A DNA stretch of 62,293 bases, filler included, from Nemertoderma westbladi (Eukaryota > Animalia > Xenacoelomorpha), in assembly GCA_032718475.1 (NCBI GenBank). It is 3 parts of 3 records of this genome, joined end to end, with 100 filler letters (N's around TTAATTAATTAA, not from the genome) between each part and the next. Parts side by side here need not be neighbours in the genome. Positions count along the whole stretch, not along the records: positions 1 to 20,545 come from JAUCBJ010004491.1; positions 20,646 to 50,412 come from JAUCBJ010002091.1; 1 more part is not named here. The stretch is one strand, 5' to 3'. A program made the position numbers and the translations under genes. Under the pieces are notes generated by a model. The model saw only the letters and a list, made by a program, of their open reading frames with translations. It did no database searches and was not told the DNA's origin. Numbering within the stretch: position 1 is the first letter of the stretch; every line of letters begins with the position of its first letter. Shown one piece after another: positions 11,748 through 22,924 of this stretch.

Positions 11748-12978
11748 TGTACGCGCTTTTGAAGACCTTTAGCAGTTTAACCTGCCAAAATTTATATGTC
11801 TTTTGGTTTATAAATAGACTTTAGAAATTGACAAATATTTAATACCAATAAACACAACATTAGCAGAAGCCAGCCTAGTGCGCGTCCATTCACCCGCTGG
11901 ATATACCCGGGAGACTGGATTCTGAGGGCTTAGATTATTATTGCAGTGTAAGCTTACTGTATTATTCGATTGATCGTTAATAAATAATTTCTGACTAATA
12001 TTATTCACTTTCGGGAAATATTAACAGTTCCTTTAGGACGTGGCGCTCTATCTAGGTAAACAGAGATATGACTTGTACTAAACACAACGGTAAGTCGGTA
12101 AGGCTTATGATTCACGTATGAGGCGCATTCTTTAGGAAATGCTTAGTTATCAGTCACAATCATGCACACTACCGGTAACACACAATACTGCTCACTAATT
12201 TGCCGACCGTCAATGAATTTTATCATGTATAAAGAGAACAGCAACTGACTCATGTAGTGCTTATCAAATAGCATTAAATTCACTACAAACCACAATAATA
12301 TAAGTCGCAATCGCTATATGTAACCTGTCTCTCTAACCTGTAGTGTTTCAAGAAAATTGGGAAATTTGGGTTCTTTATAAATGTTCTCCAAATAATATTC
12401 AACCAACTGATACAAAATATGACAACAGTAAAAAGCATTAAGACGGTAGGTTAAGATATGATATGACAATCCGATTGATATGTTATGTGAGTTGTGTTAT
12501 GTTATGATAACAGTTATACGCTCTATAATCTTAAGCCTACTAATGTTTCTTCTAAAGTCTGAAACGAATTGACTCTAGAGCCGGTGTTCCTGGCCTAGAT
12601 AGAAACAACACAACAGTATCAAGAAAAACAGTAAGACTGAACACTCCTAGCATGATCTGCCAAATATCTCCACATCGACAGAAAAAATCGCTCTGATTGG
12701 CTGTTAAGCTAAACAAAGAACCATGTGTCCAATGGCCGTTTCCATGTCAGCAACCAGCTGTTAGATGTCGTAATCTGAATCATCAAGGCTAAGCTGTGCC
12801 AGGGTAATACGATTTTTACGATTTTACGATTTTCGTTGATTTTACGCATTGCGGGTTTTTTGCCTTACCATGTCCACCAAAGCACACATATCGAAGAATG
12901 ACTTTTATGTCCGTTAAAACACCTATAACGGTACCTTGCGGGCGAGGGGGACTGAGTATATCCGCAAAAGCTTTTACA
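11748..12978 (-). mobile_element. BEL/Pao 3' LTR (copy created by the tandem duplication)
   Basis: Minus strand begins TGTAAAAGCTTTTG after the polypurine-like GGGAGCGG and ends ...AAAAGCGCGTACA; near identical to 17249-18446. Confidence 0.85.
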
Positions 12979-13301
12979 CCGCTCCCAGAAAATGGGATTC
13001 AAGTTTATAAATATACAAAAATCACAGTTTCTAATATATGTAAATACTCTAAACAGTTAGTCTTTCTTGCGCGGACGGCGTTTACGCAGTTTTTTAAAGC
13101 TAGCCAGAGTCTTTTTCTCTTTGGGGCGAGCCACTTTACAAGGAGGGCTATAACTCCTGGGTGAAGGGTGCAATATGATTGCATCAGAGGGTGTAGGATT
13201 ATGGTCGGTGTATCCGCCAGTCGAAGTACCGGGTTGATTGACATCAACGTCGGGGGAGAGGGGTCTAACGGCTTTGAGAGCTCGTTTTAAGACAGCCGCT
13301 C

Positions 13302-15029
13302 TTACAGCCGTTCGTCCGAGTGACGAGTTACAAGCTCCCCCAACGGGTCTCCCAGACTCATCGCGTACTGCAACCCTGGCATTGTGAGTTGTTCCGGATT
13401 CAAATAGAAACTCCCTTGGCTGCTGGTCAGCGCGCGAACTAGGTTGTGTATGGTGGTCTCCTTGGCTACCCACGCGTCATGACGTCGGTCGCATTCAGAC
13501 AGCGCCAGAGAGTTGCTCAGCGACTGAGAGTCTACCAGTTCGCCAACCAACGAGTTCCCAGTTCGTCGAGGGTTCGCTGGGGGTGTGAGAGATCGTGGCG
13601 TTTTCTGTAACGAGTGGCGCGGCGAAGTGGCGGCTGAGTGGGTTGTCAGGGGCTCAGTTTGCTGGGGTGTAGGCGACTCTACGTTTATCGGGGGTTCTTT
13701 AGGGGTCGAGGTAGTTATGTGGGAAGTTTCCTTAGGTTCTATTGGTGATAATGTTCCAAGGTTATCAAAGAATGCAGTTGATGAATGCATTGAGGTAGAA
13801 CTCCCTGGTTGGCCAAAAAATTGACTGAGCTGAGGCGTGTTGGACTGGTTGCTGTTGGGTTTATTTTTATTATCAGGGTAAATTTCTTTCTGTTGAATTT
13901 TGCGGTTGGTGAAGAAACCAGGGACAGGTTCGTATTGGATTGAATTACCACTCAGTGCTGTTGGGGGTTGTGTCTTTGTGAACGAGTCACTGAAAATTGT
14001 TGCTGATTGAGACCGATCTAAGGGATGACTGAATGTAGCTGCAGGGTGGGTCTGGGTGAGGGGGTCACTGATTATTGCTTCGGGTTGGGTCTGGTTGAGG
14101 GGGTCACTGATTATTGCTTCGGGTTGGGTCTGGGTGAGGGGGTCACTGATTATTGCTTCGGGTTGGGTCTGGTTGAGGGGGTCACTGATTATTGCTCCGG
14201 GTTGGGTCTGGTTGAGGGGGTCACTGATTATTGCTTCGGGTTGGGTCTGGTTGAGGGACTCACTGAATATTCCTTTGGGTTGGGCCTGGGTGAGGGGGTC
14301 ACTGAAAATTGCTGCGGAGTTTGTCTGAGACTGAGTAAGGGGGTCACTGAATATTACTTTGGGTTGGGTCTGGGTGAGGAGGTCACTGAAAATTGCTGCG
14401 GAGTTTGTCTGAGACTGAGTAAGGGGGTCACTGAAAATTTCAGCGGATTGGGTCTGAGACTGATAAAGGGGGTCCTTGAAAATTGCAGCAGATTGGATCT
14501 GAGACTGAGAAAAGGGGTCACTGAAAATTGCTGCAGATTGAAACTGAGGTAAGGGGCCACTGAATTCTGCTGCAGGTTGGGTTTGTGTGAGGGGGTCACC
14601 GATTACCGGTATTGGTGTAAGTTGGGCCTGAGACTGAGATACACCCAGGGGTAGAGGGTTGCCGAACATTGCTGCAGACTGAGCTAGGGGGTCACTGAAT
14701 ATTTCAGGAGGGTTGCTTTGGTTTAAGGTGTCACTCAAAGGGTCATCAGTTTGTCCTGAGAAAGGCGTTTGAATTCCATATTGTACTCGGGTTGGTGGTA
14801 GTGATACCGGTACGCCTTCACCGTCAAATGTATTAGTATCCGTATTCAAGGTTTGAGTTACTCCATAATCAGATGGCTGACCAAACGTTGATTGGCTTAT
14901 AGGAGCATAATTATCTTCGGTTTGTAGGGAATCTAATTGTCGCAAATATTCATTAATTGAAACATTTTGAATTCCCAGTTCATCGATCTCCAGTGGAATC
15001 TCTGTTTCTAAACCAGTTCCTTTGTCCAT
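13302..15029 (-). pseudogene. TRAPPC12: Truncated duplicate of TRAPPC12 (N-terminal ~575 aa, no TPR region)
   Basis: Identical to 7609-10461 up to TRHSDER, then stops at the duplication junction. Confidence 0.85.
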
Positions 15030-15114
15030 AATCAATCAAAGGTGGAGCAAACGTACTGCTAGGAACTACAACCAGTACACCACTTAGGCTAATGGACGAC
15101 TACCGCACTACCGG

Positions 15115-16043
15115 TGTAACAGGAAAATATGCCCCCCCGGGAAATGTGCCCGGGGGGGCATATTTTCCTAGGAAAAAATGCCCCCCCGGGCAAATTTCCC
15201 TAGGAAAAAATGCCCCCCCTTAGGAAATTATGCCCCCCCCCCCTGAATTATACAATAAACAAAACTTATTAGTACTAAAACTTACAAAAATTATACAAAA
15301 CAATAAACAGTCATTTTACCAAATGAAGGAAAGGAGCAGGTTACAGAGGCAGGCCTTTCTAACCAAAACAATAAACGATCATTTAACTAATTGAGGGAAA
15401 GGAGCAGGTTACTGGTTACAGAGGCGGGATTTTCTAACCAAAACAATAAACAGTCACTTTAGCAAATCAGGGAAAGGAGCAGGTTACAGAGACGGGATTT
15501 TCTAACCAAAACAATAAACGATAACATTACCAATTGAGAGAAAGGAGCAGGTTACAGAGGCGGGATTTTCTAACCAAAACAATAAACAATCACTTTACCA
15601 AATCAGGGAAAGGAGCAGGTTACAGACTTAAAAAAGCTTGGCTGCTTGGAGCTGCTCGGCGCCCACACAACACCACACACTCGCACTGCTGTTATACCAG
15701 TACTTACTACAGTAGCCTACTGACTTAGATACTTCAGTATGCTGTTCTACATCCCTTACTGCCTTACCTGCTTACCTACCGGCAGACCGGTACCGTACTA
15801 TTCTTCCAACTATTACAAGTTCTGCAGTTGGTAGATTAAAAGTGGCTACCAGCAGACCGGTATCGTACCAGTTTTCAGACTTTTGAGGGGGGCTAATTTT
15901 CCTGAGGGGAGGCATTATTTCCTAAGGAGAAAATGCCCCCCCCGGGCTAAATTTCCTAGGAAAAATTGCCCAGGGGGACATAATATCCTAGGAAATAATG
16001 CCCCGGGGGGCATATTATAGGGGGGGCTGATTTCCTTGTGACA
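15115..16043. mobile_element. Non-autonomous DNA transposon, Ginger1-like
   Basis: TGT...ACA termini with imperfect TIRs (TGTAACAGGAAAAT / ATTTCCTTGTGACA), CCGG 4-bp TSD (15111-15114, 16044-16047), empty site CACTACCGGTACT in the paralogous copy at ~10538; CCTAGGAAA..TGCCCCCC subterminal repeats and ~60-bp internal repeats. Confidence 0.8.
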
Positions 16044-17248
16044 CCGGTACTACTAACAGACTAACTACTGAACTAGGCCTACTACTGTTGCCAGGTTGCG
16101 GGAGTACCTACTGGCAGACTAGAGTATAGAGATTATAGGAAAAGTCAAAGGAATTAGAGTGGTATTTTGCCAGAATGCTCTGGAAATGTTGCGGGAGTAG
16201 GCCTATTGCAGTAGGTCTATTGAGATTATTGGGAAAGTATAGGCCTAAAGGAATTAGAGTGGTATTTTGCCAGAATGCAGAATGCTCTGGAAATGTTGAG
16301 GGAGTAGGCCTATTGAGATTATTGGGAAAGTCAAAGGAATTCAGGAATTAGAGTGGTATTTTGCCAGAATAAGAGAATGCTCTGGAAATGTTGCGGGAGT
16401 AGGCCTATTGCTGTATTGAGATTATTGGGAAAGTCAAAGGAATTAGAGTGGTACTTTCCAGAGCATTCCACATTCTGGAAAAATACCACTATAATTCTTG
16501 AATTCTTTTGACTTTCCAAAGGTAAAACGAACTTAGATCATGGAACACTGGAAGGCCTGACTTTGATGAACTTAGATCTTTTCGATAACTTAGGTCCTAT
16601 CCTATCTGGGTGAACTTAGATCCTAACTAGGCCTACACTGAACTAGGTGAACTTAGATCCTAACTAGGTGAACTTCAGAACTTAGATCCCAATTTATGCT
16701 ATAAAAAGCCTTGGTAATCTGTAGGCCTAATCATTATGCTTGTCGCGAAGCGAACTTAGATCCCACGTTGAAAGCAAAGCGAACTTAGATCTTAGGTCAG
16801 TCAGTAGGTGGACTTCCCAATCCAATCATCACAATTCCTTAGCACACGCTAGAGGATAAGATAGTTCTATATCGTTCTATCGATATTATAGTGTATATTG
16901 TACTGTGTTTCATTACTGCATTATAAGCATATAAAACTACTTATAATGATCTAATGCAAACAAGTCATTCTGTCATACACTCAAAGTAGTTGCGATCAGT
17001 GACTCATCAACAAACTATAATTGGCCAATTAATAGCTAATTCATTGCAATATTAGTGGTAGCGGTAGGATCTAAGTTCGCTTCCCTTCAAGCGTGATACT
17101 GTGATAATATTTCAGTATTTACAGAAAGGTCTGCTAGTCTGCTGCCCTATGTGATGGGAATGACATGACATTTCACACATTAACACAGCTACGCGCTAGG
17201 GCTGTCGGGTACAGCAATATATGCAAGGTGGGATCTAAGTTCGTATGT

Positions 17249-20200
17249 TGTACGTGCTTTTGAAGACCTTTAGCAGTTTAACCTGCCAAAATTTACATGT
17301 CTTTTGGTTTATAAATAGACTTTAGAAATTGACAAATATTTAATACCAATAAACACAACATTAGCAGAAGCCAGCCTAGTGCGCGTCCATTCACCCGCTG
17401 GATATACCCGGGAGACTGGATTCTGAGGGCTTAGATTATTATTGCAGTGTAAGCTTACTGTATTATTCGATTGATCGTTAATAAATAATTTCTGACTAAT
17501 ATTATTCACTTTCGGGAAATATTAACAGTTCCTTTAGGACGTGGCGCTCTATCTAGGTAAACAGAGATATGACTTGTACTAAACACAACGGTAAGTCGGT
17601 AAGGCTTATGATTCACGTATGAGGCGCATTCTTTAGGAAATGCTTAGTTATCAGTCACAATCATGCACACTACCGGTAACACACAATACTGCTCACTAAT
17701 TTGCCGACCGTCAATGAATTTTATCATGTATAAAGAGAACAGCAACTGACTCATGTAGTGCTTATCAAATAGCATTAAATTCACTACAAACCACAATAAT
17801 ATAAGTCGCAATCGCTATATGTAACCTGTCTCTCTAACCTGTAGTGTATCAAGAAAATTGGGAAATTTGGGTTCTTTATAAATGTTCTCCAAATAATATT
17901 CAACCAACTGATACAAAATATGACAACAGTAAAAAGCATTAAGACGGTAGGTTAAGATATGATATGACAAGCCGATTGATATGTTATGTGAGTTGTGTTA
18001 TGTTATGATAACAGTTATACGCTCTATAATCTTAAGCCTACTAATGTTTCTTCTAAAGTCTGAAACGAATTGACTCTAGAGCCGGTGTTCCTGGCCTAGA
18101 TAGAAACAACACAACAGTATCAAGAAAAACAGTAAGACTGAACACTCCTAGCATGATCTGCCAAATATCTCCACATCGACAGAAAAAATCGCTCTGATTG
18201 GCTGTTAAGCTAAACAAAGAACCATGTGTCCAATGGCCGTTTCCATGTCAGCAACCAGCTGTTAGATGTCGTAATCTGAATCATCAAGGCTAAGCTGTGC
18301 CAGGGTATTTTACGCATTGCGGGTTTTTTGCCTTACCATGTCCACCAAAGCACACATATCGAAGAATGACTTTTATGTCCGTTAAAACACCTATAACGGT
18401 ACCTTGCGGGCGAGGGGGACTGAGTATATCCGCAAAAGCTTTTACACCGCTCCCAGAAAATGGGATTCAAGTTTATAAATATACAAAAATCACAGTTTCT
18501 AATATATGTAAATACTCTAAACAGTTAGTCTTTCTTGCGCGGACGGCGTTTACGCAGTTTTTTAAAGCTAGCCAGAGTCTTTTTCTCTTTGGGGCGAGCC
18601 ACTTTACAAGGAGGGCTATAACTCCTGGGTGAAGGGTGCAATATGATTGCATCAGAGGGTGTAGGATTATGGTCGGTGTATCCGCCAGTCGAAGTACCGG
18701 GTTGATTGACATCAACGTCGGGGGAGAGGGGTCTAACGGCTTTGAGAGCTCGTTTTAAGACAGCCGCTCTTACGGGTCCTTTACGAGTGGTCTGAACGAG
18801 AGCCGTGGGTGGACCATAGGCAGTTAGAAACCTCCGGGGTTTAATGGTTCTTTCCAACTCGCGTTCGCGGGCTCGGTATTCGTAAGGCCGTCGATATACT
18901 TCCTGTAACTCGGGGTGTGAGTTAACAAATAAGTCTCCATAGTCCGGATCCTGACGGATATAATTGATTAAGTTATAGGAATGAAGGTCGCTAGGATTAA
19001 CACTCCTGAGAAATTTGCGTACGAATTTGGTTGAAATACATTCTCCGACGCGCTTCAGTAGCTCGTAACTCGATATGCGTGATTTCTGTTCGACCGAAGC
19101 GAATAGATAAGGATGGAACGCATAAACTCCTTCGTAAGCGCGTCCGGGATAATAGCGATGGCGCGAATCACAATGTAAATCAGCGTTCGCTTCCCAAGCT
19201 CTGATGTAACGTAGTGTGATCATTTCATCTACGCTTTCCAAATCGCGATTAAAAGGGCAATCGAAACTGGCGTGTCCCTTTAGTTGACAATGGTGACATT
19301 GAGTCATAAATTGAGGGCAAACCGCAAAAATGTGCAAGTTATTGAGTCTGCAATATGCGCAATAAATTTCCATAGTCGGTTGTTCTTGGAAATAGGAACA
19401 GCGGACGTTTGTGTCCATGGGCGTATCATGGTCTCTCGATGCGCATAACCGACAACGTTGCCGAGAAACATAGTTGGCATGGCGATAATCGTACGCAGTG
19501 AGACACTGTGGACCTTGATACCATTCTAGGATGTAATCGTTGTCGCTGTTCCGGGCGCGATAGGCTGAATCTCCTCAGATTCTAGGCATATTGGTTCGTC
19601 TTCCCAGTCTGTTACGAATAGAATTTTCGTGATCTATTCTCGGTTTATCGTTACGACTCCGCTGGGTATGATATTTAAATAGAACCATTTCCCTTTCGGT
19701 GTCTACATCGTCCGTATCATGTAAATCGATAGGATGGCCGGTAGTTAGGAAGTCCATATACGTACCATTACGATGCGTATAGCGAGCGGTGAATTTTCGA
19801 TAGTCCAATTCACGCGTAAGTTGCTCTTGGGACATCGGCGGTTCGATATAACGACCATCGTCCTCCGTAATGGTTGGATCGGCTTCACCGCGTATCAAGC
19901 TATCCACAAATGCTTGTAAAGGTAGAGTATATCGCTCCCTGATACCAAGATCATCTTCTATCAACTCCGTCATATCTGCTATCTGAGTTTATTAATATTG
20001 TAATGAGTTTATGTTTAGGCGAGCGGACGTCGCTGCCTACCTCTCTTTGCCCCCGGACAGTGGGATTCTCAGCGCCGATGTACCGTCGTCGCGGTGTTTA
20101 CGCCAACATGTAGCAACAGCACGACAACGATAACCGGCACAAGTCACTCCACTGTCCGTCCCAAAGGCTTGAATCCACTTTAGGTTCTTTCTATAGGAGA

Positions 20201-20545
20201 GTTGGGCTACTTTCACAATTGCGACTAGCTACTGTAAACATACTTTAGCAGTAACATTCACCTATAAACGCACAAATTCCACACAACTGTCACCAATTGT
20301 ACACATACAGGCCATTTGTCCGTTAGTCAGTGCCTTCCAGAATGTCACGTTATTACTGTGTATCTTTGGATACTAACAGTGTGCTATGTATTCTCTATGC
20401 TATGCAATGTGACAAGCTTTCTATTGTTCTTTTAACTTGCTTCTAATTCTAGCGTGGGTGTTGCTATGGTGACATTATGGAAAGCTAGCGGTAGAATTAG
20501 GGTAATTCTCATGCATACAGATCTGGAATGCTATTTAATAGTAAT
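17249..20545 (-). mobile_element. BEL/Pao LTR retrotransposon 3' portion (accessory region plus 3' LTR 17249-18446), cut by the contig end
   Basis: Reverse-complement homologous to 30085-33327 of the plus-strand BEL element. Confidence 0.88.
18525..19973 (-). CDS. Retrotransposon accessory ORF (~482 codons) with zinc knuckles and basic C-terminus, interrupted by one in-frame TGA at 19575-19577
   Basis: The 132-aa and 297-aa ORFs are in the same frame (1449 nt) and the interval is open (GDSAYRARNSDNDYILEWYQGPQCLTAYDYRHANYVSRQRCRLCASRDHDTP); CAYC-x5-H-x4-C and CHHC-x4-H-x4-C motifs; ends FKKLRKRRPRKKD. Confidence 0.7.
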
Positions 20546-20645
20546 NNNNNNNNNNNNNNNNNNNNNNNNNNNNNNNNNNNNNNNNNNNNTTAATTAATTA
20601 ANNNNNNNNNNNNNNNNNNNNNNNNNNNNNNNNNNNNNNNNNNNN
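20546..20645. other. Artificial contig linker (N44-TTAATTAATTAA-N44)
   Basis: 100-bp spacer with six-frame stop sequence, identical to the one at 50413-50512. Confidence 0.95.
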
Positions 20646-20895
20646 GTATTCCCTATAGGCCTATTATATATTTATATATATTTGTGCTAAAATTATACCG
20701 GTATTCTGCGATAAACCTAGTCTGTAATAATACTTATATATAATATAAGCATACCGGTATTCTAATATATTATATATATTAAGCTACACTGAGTAGTAGT
20801 ATCGGTAATTAATTACTAGGCTAGCAGTTAATACTGAATTACTAGACTTGTTCAGACTGTAATATAGCAGTGGGCATTCAACTGTACACACAAAT

Positions 20896-22920
20896 ATGTC
20901 TGATACTAAGCAGAACCTGTCAGACAGTTTATTAGACGTAACGATTTGCGACTCAGATAGGGATGTGGAACCGTCTGGTCGTAAGTCCAGTTCACCTCCC
21001 ACTGTGAGGAAGGTCATCCCTCCAGTAATAATAAAAGAACCTAGGCTAGTCCAACATCGTAGGTCTATCATAGGCACTCGAGCTCAGGTCAAGCGGGACC
21101 AGGAAGCAGCGCAACGGCAACAACCCGCGAGTCAAGAACTTATTACTCAGCGGCCCAGCAGCTCCAGTAGTGAGGATACTGTAGAGCTGACACCCGAGCG
21201 CGGAGCAGAGATGACGGATGCGGTTTATAAGGATCCCCTTCTCATCCTTCCTGCAGCAGTGCTCACTAGGTTATTAATCGCGGTGGAAGAACACCAGATC
21301 GATTGGGCGAGAAGTCAACGATCAACTAGAGATAGTTATGCGGGATACACGAGGGAAGAACTGAAGTCTATTGTCGAGTCGCAATGGAACTTCCCCGGAC
21401 CCGGACTCCCGTTTGATTTATCAGAGGCAGCCTGGGAAGACATACACCAGATGGGAGTAGCCAAGGAGACCATAGATCCAGCTGTGTGGAAGAGGTCTGC
21501 AGCCGGATACGTACAGGGATTCTTCAGCTCTATGGAGCGAATAGAAAAACAACTGTTACAACAACCTCAAGGACCTCAAGAGCAGGGACAACTACTTTAT
21601 CAAGTTAGAGAAAGAGTTCTACGTATTAGGCTAATCTTATCAGCCTTTGAGGAGGCTTCTAAACGAAGACAAGACACGTCGTTGCAGGTTGCCGTGAAGA
21701 CTTGGTTTCAGCGGGTGAGTCGCCAGGTTCAAGGAGCAGCTCAGTGGAAAGCTCAGCTGGAAGAGCGCTCAACCCATGGAGAATCAACAGACGCTACTTT
21801 TTCCCAAGTGGAAAGTGAAGCGACAGCAGAGAAACCGCATAAGAGGGATGCCATTGACATCTATCTGTCAGACTATCAGCGTTTTGTGGGAGATGAAGAG
21901 TTGAGGAGAAGGCTAAATGGCCTTAGCCCTAATAGTGAAGGAGCCCAGCGTGTGTTGGATGCAATTGATGTGGATAGGTTAGCGGCGAACCAAGCTAAAT
22001 TCGATGAACAACTGCGCATCGCTAGAGAAAAGGAGGAACAAGTAAGGAAAAAACGTATAGAAGACAGAAAGATAGCAGCCGTGGCAGAGGCAGAAAGAAA
22101 AGCGGCCTTGGCAGAAGCAGTGGCAGAGGCAAAAGCGGCAGCAGCAGAAGCCAAGGCAAAGGCAAAGGCGGCAGCGGCAGAGGCAGCGGCAGAGGCAAAA
22201 GCGGCAGCGGCAGAGGCAAAAGCGGCAGCGCTGGCGGAGGCAGAACGGAGAGCGGCTGAGGAGATCAACCAATTAGAATTGGAGAGCATTCAGGAGAATC
22301 AAGACTGCATAAATAAACAGTTAACAGCTAGTAATATGCAGATGATGAATCGATCTACTCCCAAAAGACAGGGATATACATCATCTGAGGAAGGCGATAC
22401 CACCGATACTGAAGGCAAGGGAAATAGATCTCGTCTAAGTAGACGTAAAAGAACATTCCACCGTCAAAAATTGCCTGATTTGCCTCCAGCTGTTAGAAGG
22501 CAACTAAGTAATAACAACTTAGGTAGTACAGAGCCCACAGACCAAATAATTAAAATAGAAAGACTCCCTACTATAGTAGATGAGCCTGAAATAATTAGGC
22601 CTGTTCTTGAAATCACCCCTTCGGTGATAAACACACCTGTGCTCCCTGAAACTACCTCTAAGTTCCCCCTGCATAGCACTAAGCTATCTATGCCTATTAA
22701 AACAGCCCATGAGACAGTTCATGCTCTGGACCCCGAGCGAAATATTTCTAGTTTATCGCCCGTTGTCCCTCGTCCGCCCGCTACAACGTTGGCGAATCCC
22801 GTTTCGGCGGTTGATTGGGTGGACGAGAGACGGCGGGGGATGGACATTCTCCTCGGAAAGATGGAGGAGAATCAGATTCGCTCCTCCCGACAGGTCCGAG
22901 AGTTAGAAGGGACTAAGTAA
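20896..22920 (+). CDS. BEL/Pao gag N-terminal region (674 aa, Ala/Glu/Lys coiled-coil), cut from the downstream ORF by a TAAG duplication
   Basis: Homologous to 50524-51465; removing one TAAG of TAAGTAAG (22914-22921) fuses it in frame to 22925. Confidence 0.8.
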   Translation: MSDTKQNLSDSLLDVTICDSDRDVEPSGRKSSSPPTVRKVIPPVIIKEPRLVQHRRSIIGTRAQVKRDQEAAQRQQPASQELITQRPSSSSSEDTVELTPERGAEMTDAVYKDPLLILPAAVLTRLLIAVEEHQIDWARSQRSTRDSYAGYTREELKSIVESQWNFPGPGLPFDLSEAAWEDIHQMGVAKETIDPAVWKRSAAGYVQGFFSSMERIEKQLLQQPQGPQEQGQLLYQVRERVLRIRLILSAFEEASKRRQDTSLQVAVKTWFQRVSRQVQGAAQWKAQLEERSTHGESTDATFSQVESEATAEKPHKRDAIDIYLSDYQRFVGDEELRRRLNGLSPNSEGAQRVLDAIDVDRLAANQAKFDEQLRIAREKEEQVRKKRIEDRKIAAVAEAERKAALAEAVAEAKAAAAEAKAKAKAAAAEAAAEAKAAAAEAKAAALAEAERRAAEEINQLELESIQENQDCINKQLTASNMQMMNRSTPKRQGYTSSEEGDTTDTEGKGNRSRLSRRKRTFHRQKLPDLPPAVRRQLSNNNLGSTEPTDQIIKIERLPTIVDEPEIIRPVLEITPSVINTPVLPETTSKFPLHSTKLSMPIKTAHETVHALDPERNISSLSPVVPRPPATTLANPVSAVDWVDERRRGMDILLGKMEENQIRSSRQVRELEGTK

Positions 22921-22924
22921 GGCT

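Larger units (their letters stand above)
8740..18773. repeat. Tandem segmental duplication: 8740-13305 repeated as 13308-18773
   Basis: Identical ORFs at offsets 4568, 5501 and 5468; offset changes are explained by a 933-bp insertion in copy 2 and a 33-bp insertion in copy 1. Confidence 0.93.

Noticed and set aside
18297-18632. Short ORFs overlapping the LTR/PPT (also 12898-13164, 13005-13247, 31784-32041)
   Set aside because: Alternative frames or antisense of the accessory ORF's C-terminus, with no independent support
18525-19973. Accessory ORF as an envelope gene
   Set aside because: No signal peptide or transmembrane segment visible; composition is basic with zinc-binding motifs
20546-20645. 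TTAATTAATTAA as a biological motif, and the head-to-head arrangement of BEL elements across it
   Set aside because: Six-frame-stop linker embedded in Ns and repeated at 50413; adjacency across gaps is not evidence
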